Shown in pieces: positions 51,564 through 64,000 of a stretch of DNA of 64,000 bases (position 1 is its first letter; every line of letters starts with the position of its first letter). Both the position numbers and the translations under genes were made by a program. The DNA is from Tubiluchus corallicola (lineage: Eukaryota; Animalia; Priapulida). The DNA lies in assembly GCA_030141605.1 (NCBI GenBank), contig JAQGDQ010000021.1, positions 1,116,001 to 1,180,000 of the forward strand. The letters are read 5' to 3'. Under the pieces are notes generated by a model. That model worked only from the letters and a program-made list of their open reading frames with translations. It made no database searches and was not told the DNA's origin.

Positions 51564-53369
51564 TATTGCTACACTCTGTTTAGTGCCATTTTAGCAAGTT
51601 TACGATCGTCAATGTATCAATCAATGTTTTTGAGGAAATTTTGGACCAACTTATTGTGTTATTTTCCGTGCATCTCCCTGATCATAGTGTAATCATAGTT
51701 CTTGGTCAATAAATTATCTACTTAATTACTCATCGAATGAAATAGAAATGTAGTTTTATCATGTATGGGAAATAATGTGAAATACATGTGCCAAAAATAC
51801 GAAATAGATTTTGCATTGATGATATACAAGCCAAAGCTTGTACGATCATATGTATTTAGCGGGGAATGCGAACTAACTGAAAATTAAATTTCTAAAGTAC
51901 CTCTAACGATGGATATTTTAAATACAATAGAAGCAAAAGATTTCTCTTTTATAGCTTGAGTGAATTGAATGAAATCTTAACATGTATCATGGAGGATTAA
52001 TTACACACACATAATTTTATGGCGTTTTTAAGTATAATTTTTAAAGTTAATGACTATCATTTCTCTCTTTTTATTGTTTTTGTTTTTTAAATGTATTATT
52101 TTTGGTGTGTATGTAATATGCTACTAATTATATAATTTTGTAAATTTTACTAATGTACTGTGTGTCTGTGTCGTGTTAATATGCTTTTTTATGTACGAAC
52201 AATAAATAAATAAAATTCATCTTTGAGCAGCCCTTTTTTCATTATAGACTGCCTGTTGTTCGATGAAAAATGGTTATTAATCTCACTTAAAAGTATGCTG
52301 TTATCGAAACAGCCCCCATTGTAGGTTATCACTTTTCCATCTCATAAACAGATGTAAATTTTCAAACTCGTGCCTTCACTGTAATTTTAGAACATTTGCT
52401 TGCAATAACTTTTACAAGCTAGCAACACGGCATCTAAACTAATTATAAGTTTATGCGCCACTTATTGTAAAAACACAAATGATTCTGTCTTATTCGGCTC
52501 CAGGGAAAACGTCAGGCGCTTTTTTAACTTTGATCGTGCCCCAGTCTCCATACAAAATAAAGCGCTATCAGATATACTTACATGAATGCCAGAATAATTG
52601 GGACCCAAAGGGAAGCAAAGAAGTACATCACGATTTTTATAGCTACATCTTGGTATTTTTATAGATACAAAACCGCGCAGCAACCTGTCGGCAAGACCCG
52701 GAACTAAAATGCTCTAAGGAAAACGCGAGGCGCTAATAACTTAACCATTGCGCTACACACAAAAACTCTAACACTTAGACTATACATGTTTAAAGGAAGA
52801 CAGGATGATTTTTCGTGTACTACCCCGTTTTCATATCTGATAAAAAGTATACATTTTAACACAATTAATACTGCAAAAGTGTTTCTGATAATTAATTTAA
52901 AGATTAAAAACTTAATTAACGGCGGACGAGTTTGATGACATCACAAATTGACATAATGACTATACATGATTAATATCAGCAAGAAACCAGTAAGCATGAA
53001 TTTGCAACTTCAAAAATGAGGTATTATAAACCCTAAAATTAATAAAAACTTGGACGTAGTATGACCAAAAACAATGCAAAAGTATTAAGATTATAAGGAG
53101 AAATTATTGATAGATTTACAAATAACGATTTCGGCGTCTGTAGCGATGATTTGTCTTATTTGTTTTTGCAAATGATTATAAAATTTTGCAGTTTCATAAG
53201 ATAAGCGAAATTGTTTAGATTGTATGTAACCTAACGTTATAAAAACAGTGAATGCGTCTACTATTGACAGCGTTTCATTTTTCGAATATCTGGTGTCCAT
53301 TTAAAGCAAACTAAAAAGACTTTAAAAAAACGCAATAGTCAAAACGCAATTTTCTGAATTTTCGTTTAC

Positions 53370-53420
53370 CTTTTGCGCCACTTTGTGGCTCATACCGTAC
53401 GCCGCTGGACGGTTTGCCAT
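53370..53420 (-). CDS. Variable first exon V6 (MANRPAAYGMSHKVAQK)
   Basis: 51 nt, ATG...AAG|GTAAAC. Confidence 0.86.
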
Positions 53421-54065
53421 TCTGAGATTCGACACTGATATCCAAAAATACAAACACAAACGTCCACGAAGAACTTCCCTAGATCGAGTGGAATAATCCA
53501 CTTTCGTGAGTGGTTTTATTTCATGGGGTAATACAAAACCCGTCCCCCTAAAAATACGTAGCAGGACGTGTTCCAGAAAAGTAGGGCTGCCAAGAAACCA
53601 TTGTTTACATTTTACCAGCAGATTTTAATATAAAAAGATTACTAATTTGCTCTAAACTGATTTTAAGTCTTAAGGAGAGTAAAGTGTGGTGACAAACTCG
53701 TTGTACGTTGTATAAAATAGTGTCTTTTTGCTATCCATGTAAAGAAGTCGGAAGTCACTCATGTTTCCTGTAATTTGCTTTACACAAGCGCTTTGCCTTG
53801 GGGCGTACTTCGCATACCCAATATGAACAGAAGACCACGACTCCATCAACTTGTCATTCCTGCCTCTCAAAAATTATCCAAGAGTTAGTGTAGAAACATG
53901 CGGTGTGTTGGCTCGTCAAAGAGTATCTAGAAATAGATCGCGCAGTGATACTTTGTTTTTTGACTTGGGTCCGGAACTACATTTTAAAATGTCACTGGAC
54001 CACAGTAACTGTTTCCTAATACAAGTATAAGCTTCAGAGGCTAATCCTGAAAATATGTTGATTTT

Positions 54066-54180
54066 GGCAGAGGCCCTATGCTATGCACACACATCCAAAT
54101 TGCACAGCTACGATAGTTCAGCAACGCTAGACCTGGGTAGCACATGAATTGGTGACCACCAGAAAAACTGTTTCTAGACT
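54066..54180 (+). pseudogene. Highly degenerate 5S rRNA/SINE3 head
   Basis: AGTTCAGCAACGCTAGACCTGGGTAGCACATGAATTGGTGACCACC aligns with the 5S box A-IE-box C region at 21020-21066. Confidence 0.5.
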
Positions 54181-54793
54181 AATACTAGCATTAGCAATTA
54201 CTAGGAATTACTCCGGCTATTACTCTAACTAGAAAATGTATATATCCGCACGTTGTTGAAGCAGTTCTATCTGTTTTATCTCATTACAAAAAATATCTTG
54301 TCACCCTAGACTACTTTTGAAACAATGTAATCATCATAATGATGCATTAAAACCCGTTTCCACCACGTTTCATTATTTGCCATTATTTTTTCTTTATCAG
54401 CTTTTAGCTGAGAGATCAGCGGCAGTTAATAGGATTCAAAAGAAGCCTGACGCTTTCCAAAATGTTTTTCTTTTAACAATTGCTCCGAGCAACCTAAACT
54501 TAACGTCACAACACAACGCTCCAGAAGGCTTTCCGAAGTAGCAGTGGTATTTTGATACCAGATCACTCTTTAAGCTCCCAGGAGAAACTGTGTAGCACAG
54601 TAATCCCTGGAGTATAACGAATAAGCACGCTTGCTTGTCCATTGCATTACACCCACAAGCCCAATTCATAAGTACACCAGCTAATATAGATCTACAGTAA
54701 CAAAAGTACTTTACAACCAAACAAGCCGAGGCAATTAGTGGATACAAAAGTCTAGGAATCCGATACGATTAATCATTCTATCTCTAATTAAAA

Positions 54794-55584
54794 ATCGGGA
54801 GTCATATCTCTAAACTTTGTCATGAAAGCGTTGTAATACTTCTTTACTGGTAAGGTTATCTGCAGCACTTTTAAAAATAGTTCCATTTTTTCGGTTTCCT
54901 TTCAGTTTCATTTCAGTTTGCTCTCAAGTAACTCTACTTACTTTACCTACTAAAACAGTAAAAAAAATTGAGGCTTTCTAATTCTGCTGCACTGTAAGTT
55001 TTGTTTTTAGTTAATAATCGTCGTCTTGTTCTATTGTTTTATTATTTGTTAGAAAATCATATTATTGTAAAAAAATTCGTTCGTTCTTTGTCAATAGGGT
55101 AGGGCACATAGTCGGGTGGTCTTTCGAAAATACTTTGCGGAAACAGCTCGTGACCACCCGAGTTTGAACCATCTGACGCTCGCCCTGGGGCATTTCATTC
55201 ACTGTCCTGCCCGATTCTGACCGTTAATATCGTTGAGGTACATTTGAACGTAGCTATGAAAATTCTTTGTGGATCATCCGAGAAGGATATCCTTGACAAT
55301 TATGGCAGATACTGGTCTCGCCATAGACACCGTGTTGAGCAGACATGCTGAACGATGGATTCCAGTTTGGAGAGTATTGAGTTGTCTAAAAAACAAACGA
55401 TATCTGCACCCGCGTTGGAGAAAAACAAACATTAGGTATCCCTAATCTAAAGTAAGTAAAGCTATTTAAGAGCAAACTGAAACGTTGCGTCATCGACACT
55501 ATTTTTAAAGCGCTGCAGATAGCCTTACCAGAAAAGAAGTATTACAACGCTTTCATGACAAAGTTTAGAGGTTCGACTCCCGAT
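54794..55584. mobile_element. Non-autonomous DNA element with ~87-bp terminal inverted repeats
   Basis: ATCGGGAGTC...CTCTAAACTTTGTCATGAAAGCGTTGTAATACTTCTTT...AAAATAGT (54794-54880) is mirrored at 55498-55584. Confidence 0.8.
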
Positions 55585-56076
55585 CTGGAATTAAACGTAG
55601 CCTAACCGATGATACAGTACCTATCTATATATTAATTTCGGTGGTATACAAATTATAAATACAAAATATAAACATATATATATATGTTTGATATATATAT
55701 ATCAAAGCTACAACATGATATATACATATATATATCAAACAAGCCGTATACTCATTTTCGGCGATCTATATATCATAAGAAATGTCTCGATCTCGTTGAT
55801 TGTTTATTTTTCGAAACAAACGCACCTGGAGGAATGGGGGGGGGGGAATGTAATAATATTGCGTCATTATCGTTTGTACTATGACACAGTTGTTCTGTAT
55901 CAATGTTTATTGCAAGGCCAATTATAAAAGTAAATTTTCAGCTATTTTTACCTCATTCAACCATTTGCATTCACATCAGTTTTTAGGCTAAACTTTTACA
56001 TCAGGTCTTATTTTTGTTTTTTGATCAACCAATAGATATGTACCGCTCTAATATTTGCACAATATTGCATCTCTAT

Positions 56077-56376
56077 AACTTTTTGTCGAGGGAGTAAAAA
56101 CCCAACCAGTAACAGTACAGCACAATTTATTACATTAACTTTTTGTTAGGGGAGTACAAACACAACAAGTAACAGTACAGCACAATTTATTACAGCAACT
56201 TTTTGTTAAGGGAGTACAAATACAACAAGTAACAGTACAGCACAATTTATTACATCAACTTTTTGTTAGGGGAGTACAAACACAACAAGTAACAGTACAG
56301 CACAGTTTATTACATCAACTTTTGTTAAGGGAGTACAAACACAACAAGTAACAGTACAACACAATTTATTACATCA
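56077..56376. repeat. 60-bp minisatellite, about 5 copies
   Basis: Repeated AACTTTTTGTTAGGGGAGTACAAACACAACAAGTAACAGTACAGCACAATTTATTACATC-like unit. Confidence 0.95.
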
Positions 56377-56775
56377 AAAGATTGTTGAAACAATTGTGGA
56401 TCGATCATGCTCTCAAAGTTTAGTATGAAAGCCTCGGATGTTTCACACAGTTTGCGAACTTGAAGGACATGAACTTGATCGGGAAAGTGACCTGAAAATT
56501 CTATGATATTTTTTTTCAATTGAATGGACCTCAACTCCGGCGAACACACTGGAACTTTCCTGAAGGACAAAAGTGGTCCCTTACGTGATCCAAGAATGTG
56601 CCATTAATGATCAGTCGAGAGACAAGCTTGGGGGAAGTTTGCGACCTCTACTGGAGAACCTTGATTTGTGTGGTTGCTCCCGAGGCTTCCATTAGTTTCG
56701 TTTCGCAACTGTTTCAGCAATACATTGTAAGGTTATGTAACACCCTGTACTGTGACATCAAAATAAGCATCTTAA

Positions 56776-56980
56776 TGTGGCGTTTACGTAGCATTCGGAT
56801 GCGTTGTGCGTTTTGGGGGTGCGGAATAGATAAAATCGGTTTATATTGTTTCAATGCACCTGTTTATGCAGCCTGCGTATGCGTTATCCTTTTTCTGCAG
56901 CTACTACTATTGACTTTTTTCTGCAGGCTGCTCCGCAGGTGGAATACGCATACGCATCCGGATGCTGAGTAAACGCCACT
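56776..56980. mobile_element. PIF/Harbinger (Tourist)-like MITE
   Basis: TIR GTGGCGTTTACGTAGCATTCGGATGCGT versus ACGCATCCGGATGCTGAGTAAACGCCAC, flanked by TAA on both sides. Confidence 0.7.
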
Positions 56981-57595
56981 TAAAGCAACTTCTTAGATAA
57001 ATGAAATTCAAAAAATAACCATCCCTTATTAAAAAATGATCAATTTTAAAATACAGCTTTTGTAGAAAAGCCCCAGAGAAGCTTATACGTGAATGTGTGT
57101 CAGTAAACACGTTAGCAGTAATGCGTTAATCCCAAGCCGCTAAAACCAGAAAAGCTATAAAAAGGCGTTTTTACCGTCCTATCGTTTTAGTTACCTGCGT
57201 TTTTTTCTGGTTTTTCTTCACTTTTTCCTATCAGTACTGAACAGAAATAAATAGTACGTGAGTCAGTTTACAAGAATAAGACAACCCGGCATGTTTGACT
57301 TGTAATATTTGTGTTGACATTCCTGATAGCTGAACAGCTGATTCGGGAATCCGGGCTTCTGTACGGCTTTCTATTTTGGTCGAGTGACAAACCGTCGCCG
57401 GCAGATGAGCGAGTCAGCCTAAAATTAGCTAGTATGAAATTACACCACCTTTACTGCCATTAGCAGATCTATAAATCTTCTCTTGAGATACAAAACTAGC
57501 CATAGGAAAGCACAGTGAAAAGCTGGGGATATTGGAAATCTGAACTTTCAGTTTGTATAATTATTACTTGTGTGTTTTAAGTCAAAAAACATGGC

Positions 57596-59772
57596 TACTT
57601 TTTAAGACTGTATCTTGCACATTTGCTCAATAATCCATGATCAATAATACGGCTAATGATTTGTTATTTAATATTAAACAATCGGCTTCTCTCTTTTTCA
57701 CTTGTATTTTTGAATAATGTGTCCTATTTATTGATGTAGAATTTGCCAGTGCACTTTTTTTTGTAATTGAAGTATTTGTGCAACAAACTTGAAATGAATT
57801 AAATTGACAAATTACAATCATGTTGCTGGTCCTTCAAGCAGGTAAACGTGATATTATAACTTTGTGTAGAAAGTTCTTTGGGGCATACTTCAAAATTCCA
57901 TTTTCTTCTCGTTTAATAACCAGACTAAAAAGTCGTTCATTGGTTTATTTTGGCTGCTATTTACTTTCCTGGCCTGAAAAGTTGCAACTGTGTGCAATTA
58001 CTGACCAAAGTTTAGCAACGCCAAGCCTAATCAGGAAATGAATGAGTGACTGCCTAGAATAACTAACCTCTAAACGATTTCGTTTGGCATGACGCTGCAG
58101 CTCCCAGTATTTGCTATTTTGAGGACTTGCGTGAATCCAAACATGGCTAAGGCACCGCTGCTGGTTCAGTATCTCATCTTACAAGAGTAATGAGATACCT
58201 AAGTATCGATCGAGTCACAACCATGTTCAGCAGACTTGGCCGCTGAGTTAAATCCCAATTTACAATGTCTGTTGAACCGTAGAACTATTAGACTTATCTA
58301 AAACCCTTTTCACATGGCAAAATAGTGCGAGTGTTAACATGATCACTAAACAAACCACTTTGAACCAAACAGAGTACATTGTTAACGTCACGCCGCTCAA
58401 AGGGTTTTAGTGTAAAACGGTTTAAAATGGTTTTCAAAGTAACTCCCAGGCAGGTTTCAAACCTGTTTGGTGACGTCGATTTGAAATGGTTTAAGTTTTT
58501 CATTTGAACATTCAAAACGATTTCAAAACGGTTCACACTTCCCGGGTGAAATGAATAAAAATTTTGAATTCTTCTGTGAAACAGTGTTTCTTGCAATAGT
58601 CCCGCGGCTTTTGATTTACACTACACATCTTGCTACATTTCTTTTTTAATTAATACGGTTTGCCAGTTACCAAGTGAGTTAACTCCTACACAGATGATTC
58701 ACCAATAATTGATTTTACACTAATTTTTGTCATCATAATGCTGTGAAATGTTTACTACTGTGCTAGACATGGAAAACTAGCAGCAATTCATTGTGATACT
58801 TTTTTAAAATTGTATCTTGCACATTTGCTCAATAATCCATGATCAATAATACGGCTAATGATTTTTTTTTTAATATTAAACAATCGGCTTCTATGTTTTT
58901 CACTTGTATTTTTGCATAATGTGTCCTATTTGTTGATGTAGAATTTGCCAGTGTACTCTGTAATTCAAGTATTTGTGCAACAAACTTGAAATGAATTAAA
59001 TTGACAAATTACAATCATGTTGCTGGTCCTTCAAGCAGGCAAACGTGATATTATAACTTTGTGTGGAAAGTTCTTTGGGGCATACTTCAAAATTCCATTT
59101 TCTTCCCTTTTAATAACCAGACTAAAAAGTCATTCATTGGCTTATTTTGGCTGCTACTTACTTTCCTTGCCTGAAAAGTTGCAACTGTGTGCACTAACTG
59201 ACCAAAGTTTAGCAACGCCATGCCTAATCAGCAAATGAATGAGTGATTGCCTAGCAAAACTAACCTCTAAACGATTTCCTTTGGCATGACCTTGCAGCTC
59301 CCGGTATTTGCTATTTTGAGGACTTGCGTGAGTCCAAACATGGCTAAGGCACCGCTGCTGGTTCAGTATCTCATCTTACAGGAGTAATGAGATACCCAAG
59401 TATCGATCGAGTCACAACCAACTATGTTCAGCAGACTTGGCCGCTGAGTTAAATCCCAATTTACAATGTCTGTTGAACCGTAGAACTATTTGACTTATCT
59501 AATACCCTTTTCACATGGCAAAATAGTGCGAGTGTTAACATGATCACTGAACAAACCACTTTGGACCAAACAGAGTACATTGTTGACGTCACGCCGCTTA
59601 AAAGGTTTTAGTGTAAAACGGTTTAAAAAAGGGTTTCAAAGTAACTCCCAGGCAGGTTTCAAAACTGTTTGGTGACGTCGATTTGAAATGGTTTGAGCTG
59701 TTCATGTGAACATTCAAAACGATGTCAAAACGGTTCACACTTCCCGGGTGAAATGAATAAAAATTTTGAATT
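57596..59772. repeat. Direct duplication of ~975 bp (57596-58570 and 58797-59772) separated by ~230 bp of unique sequence
   Basis: Collinear, highly similar copies; both give nearly the same 73-aa ORF (57820 and 59017). Confidence 0.95.
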
Positions 59773-62215
59773 TAACTAGAGCATTTGGGAAAATAAATTT
59801 TTGGTCGTTTCTACCCTACAAGCCTTTAACGAAACTATGAGAAACATTTTTTGCAATTCGCAACGTTCCTGGACTGACATTAATTTATTGCAATGAAGCC
59901 AGACACGTTCAGAAGCAGCTTCACGACTAGCTTAGCTAACTAACTGCGCAATACTAGCGACCCAAGGACAAATTCTTTGGTGAAAAACATCCAAGCTGCA
60001 CTGAGAAAGTTCTAGAAAGTGTGACTGACCTGCAAGTAGTCTGCGTCGCGAAAAAACATGTCTTTAAGACATGGGTGATGTTCGAGATATAGACCACGTG
60101 GTACAATACTATGTTCTCTTGTTCTTTACCAGCCATTACACGAAAAATACGATCCTAAAACATCTTGACATGGCCTTTCACAACAAAAAAGCTTGCGCTA
60201 CATACAAAAGTGTTCTGCAGACAGGCTTAGTCCAGTTTTTAGTCTGTGAAAAACAAAGCCATGTTTTTGAACATTGCCATATTTTCATGTTCTTGACGCG
60301 ACTACTGCTGTCTGCACAGAACATACTTATTTCCTTCTCTGTCAAGTTAAGCAAAAAGGCAAATCTTTACACAGACCTAGTGTAAGTTTGATCTTAAGAC
60401 TTTTCTAGAATGACTTCAAAACAGGTCATTCAAATTTATTTTGTATAAAATTGAGTTCCTAATTGCGACCTTTTATCTGATAATTTGCCATATGATGTCT
60501 TCATGTTTCTACGTCCTTGTGTCTTAACCTTGACCGGCAGGCACAAAATGACTTAACCTGAAACAGCATTGCTAAAAAAACCTTGTCTGCCATTCTGTTC
60601 AGCAAATAAATATGTTATTTCCATTCTTATTGCTTATTTAGCTCTGTATCCAAGTGCAAGGTGGGAATTTGTAAACAGCACTGAGCTGAAAAGTCATTTG
60701 CATTCAGTTTTAAAAATCTTAAAATTTTTCATAAATGTACGTACAGAGTGGTCCAGAAAAAACATTACCTCAAGCAAACTCGTGTCCTTTCACTCTTCTA
60801 GAGGTACTTGTAAAAGAGACCCACACGCCATGTAGCCCATCCTCTTCGTTTTGACAAAGACTCCACCAAGAACAGAAAGAACATTTTGTCATACACGGCA
60901 TTCTGGCAATAAGCAAAAACGGTCATTTTTAGAGGAACACCTTGATGGAAATCTTGGAAGGAAATTCATAGCGCATTGAAAAGAAGAGGAAGTTGAGGAA
61001 CTGGGTTTCATGATGATGTGGCTCTTCTACAACACCTCTACCAAAATAAATGACTACGGGTTTGAAGGATTGGACAACTTTTTATAATACTGAATTACTG
61101 ATGCATACTGAACAGTAAATCACTGTACATATCGTCGTGCAATTACTGACTGTGTACTTAGCAATTAAAGTTAAGCAATGTTAAGCCTGATCAGTGGATG
61201 GGTAAGTGACCGTTGGGTTCAATATTCGTTATAGGCAGTTTATAATACAACAACGCCTTTGAATATTAATCTTGTTGAACAAAGTGTCCATGCATACACA
61301 CTCGCATGAGGGTGAAACACCTTTGCTAGTCTTACCTTGGAATATTATCCTTAATAAGCAGATAGGTTTCTGTCCTGCCACAATCATCTATATTAAGTAA
61401 ACCCTTTTACTGAGTGTTGTACCTCAGGATACAGAATGCCAATGGGTAAAAAATATATGTATAAATACGTTTGCTTCTTTGTTACAGAAAAACATTTTTT
61501 AATACAAAGAAGCATGCCAACATTAACACATCTACAGTGAACTTCAACATTTTATTCATTTACAATTATTTACAAGAGGATAGGTGACCTCAAAAACATT
61601 GTAAGTTTATTTTTACAAAACAGGAAATAGTCATAATCGAAAAAAAATGATGCGAAGGTTTTCACAAGCCGTTGATTATTATTACTGAGAGATAATCTAA
61701 GATGGTGATTTGGAAAAGTGTCCAGTACAGAAAAATATCGTAAGAGCATAAAATGCATCCATGATCCCAGAAGTTGCAAAAGTCTTCTTTATTTACAAAA
61801 TTACGAAAGCGTATATACAAGTACCAAAAATTATTTACGTCCTTTCAGCACAACCGCTTCAACAGGCACTTTGGTAAAATCCAATTCAATATGAGAAGAA
61901 CATTTAATTTAATGAGTATTAAATGAATAAATGATTCACCAAAATGAACACAGATCCACAAAGCAGTTTCATTAGTACATCGTTCACAATCTCACTTATT
62001 CATAGCAGGCAAAACATGAAGGCATAAACTGGTCTTCTTATTTTCTCTCACATTAACAAACAATTTCAAAATTTGCCTATTATTCTTAATGGATAGATCA
62101 TTTTGTAATGCATTGTCATTTCACATAAGTTATGTTACACAAAATTTTTGCGACACTCAACAAAAGTGCTAAATTTCATAGGCACATAATTTTGCAAGAC
62201 TTCCCTCATTGTCCA

Positions 62216-63905
62216 CTACTTGACACACAGCAGGGCTTTAATTTGTCCCATGTGTTTTTCAAAATTCCTTCGAAAATTAATCTTATTTGGTCTAGTTGGC
62301 ACAAGAGGTAGTTCTGGAGGTGTAAGACTGTTGAAACACTCGGTGAGTCGTTCAGATATCGTGGCATCTGTTTGTGAACTTATCAGTGTCCGGACTAATC
62401 CCTTGTATTGTTCCTGCAAGAAAAAGTAGTGCAATTTTAATGATGTTTTCAATAGAGTTTTCTTTATTTCGAATTCGATTCAAACCAACGATTATACATT
62501 GAATATTTCAGCACTTCAACTGCATGTGTTTATCACTAAAACGTTTGAAACATCGTGAAATCAGTACAATGTTACCGAGAATTCTCTCAGTAAACAAATT
62601 ATTGGTGTTTTTACAGCAGAATAAAATCAAGTAATATGCAAGACCTTTGTGAGACCGCTTTTTTATTTGTGAATTGAAAATTTTTGAAATTAAATTTCAT
62701 TCTATTTGACTTGGAAAAAGCTGAAATTCGGTTTGATTTGAGTTCGAAAATCACAATTCTATTCGATTCAAATCCGTTTTCTGGTAGGGAATGTTCACCC
62801 CTAGTTTGGGGTACTATTGAATAAGTACGGATTTAAATGTTGTACAGTAGGCGCCGCTTAATAGACTTACGGTTAATAGACTCAAAAATGCCTGGTCCGG
62901 GCAGCTTCTATTCAAATGTACATAAAAACTGTCGGTAATTGACTAAATATTTTTGCTTCACATGCTTTAATAAGACACTTTCGTGTGACTAATAAGCTTT
63001 TATGACTTTTATATTATCTTAGTTCGCTTTTGTCCTATAAGAAACAATCATGTTAAGTACCGTTTTGTTTGTAAACAGTAACGTTTATCATACACTAATT
63101 ATGACAGCCTAATGGTTAGCTTTGACCCGCCTGTCCACTGCATTTATCCTCGTTACCCAAGAATTCCTGGAAGCTAAACATTTAATCACTTGCTTAGCGG
63201 TTTAGGGTTAGGTTTAGGGTTACCTGCACAAAGAAATTTAGGCATTACTTCGTTTCTAAAATTCTTAAAAAACCGCTGCAGTGCATAGTAAACTAGTGAC
63301 TCATACGTCTATGCCGGTAATACTATCGGTTAATAGGTTCAGTCGGTTAATTGGGTCGAAACACTTCGGTCCCAAAGCGAGTCTATTAAGCGCCACCGTC
63401 AGTATATGAATAAAACATGCTTGAATTGACTCGAGTATTTGCTTCTATAGCAATGCTTTCCGCAAACAATGTGACACTGCAAATGAAAGCCAACTTTCCT
63501 TGACGAACGGAGCGGTTTAATCACCAAACAGCACACTATTTTAGTCAACAATGCACTCAAAAAAGCTAACTAGATGCATACATGACCTTGGACAATACTC
63601 CTATATAGCACATACTGTTTTATGAAATAGACACTGGTACCAACTATATGTACAAATCCCTATAGCCAAAACATCTGCCCATTTACTGCTTTTACTCCTC
63701 GGAAATAACCTTTTAGATATGTGGCACACTATCCACAAAAAATTCCGATATTTCATTTACCAGTAAATAGATAAAAATAAGTATTAAAAGCAATAATCAC
63801 TAAGTGTCTTACCTGAAAACAGCAGATCAGAGAAAAGAAAGTAATACTGGCAGAACTTGTTAGGTCCAAATCAAAGTTTTGGTGTAACAACATGTCTACT
63901 AATAG
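62216..63905 (-). CDS. XPO4: Exportin-4, last two exons (gene continues beyond the window)
   Basis: Exon 63905-63813 LLVDMLLHQNFDLDLTSSASITFFSLICCFQ and exon 62413-62216 EQYKGLVRTLISSQTDATISERLTECFNSLT...FEKHMGQIKALLCVK*; fits the recalled XPO4 C-terminus (..LVETLLSSQQDP..RLADAFNKLT..GLLCVK); GT-AG, phase 0. Confidence 0.88.
62845..63402. mobile_element. Tigger/pogo-like MITE in the XPO4 intron
   Basis: TA-CAGTAGGCGCCGCTTAATAGACT ... AGTCTATTAAGCGCCACCGTCAG-TA imperfect TIRs. Confidence 0.65.
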
Positions 63906-64000
63906 CTGAAACAAAGAATAAAAGTTATATTACTTAGCATTATGCTTACCTGCTTGAAACATTTAGGTAACTGGAAAAGAAAATTCTTAATAATTATTAA

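Noticed and set aside
63195-63225. TTAGGG-like repeats (also TAACCG repeats near 7195)
   Set aside because: Only 2-3 imperfect units (the 63195 set lies inside a MITE); not a telomere.

Overview
AT-rich, intron-containing invertebrate (probably arthropod-like) genomic DNA with many microsatellites, minisatellites and transposon remnants. Protein genes supported by hand-spliced translation: (1) the 3' ten exons of a glutamyl-aminopeptidase-like M1 peptidase (+, 3844-19794); (2) an intronless, divergent class A GPCR nested antisense in one of its introns (-, 5456-6445); (3) a myophilin/MP20/transgelin-like calponin-homology gene (-, constant exons 32163-34142); (4) the 3' end of exportin-4 (-, 62216 to the window edge). 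The most striking structure is an array of at least six paralogous 51-nt ATG-containing first exons (40831-53420). All encode MA(N/H/Y)R(G/P)xx(Y/M)G(M/L)SxxVxxK, all end in a phase-0 AAG|GT donor, and all lie upstream of a single set of constant calponin exons, resembling the variable/constant layout of protocadherin or UGT1 clusters. One pair arose by a recent 1.1-1.25 kb tandem duplication bounded by a 7-bp microhomology. Also present: a full-length 5S rRNA-headed SINE-like element, a solo LTR with heat-shock elements beside its TATA box, pogo, hAT, Tc1/mariner, piggyBac and CR1 remnants, and a 42-bp satellite with a 126-bp higher-order repeat. All homology calls are from recalled motifs; no database searches were run.
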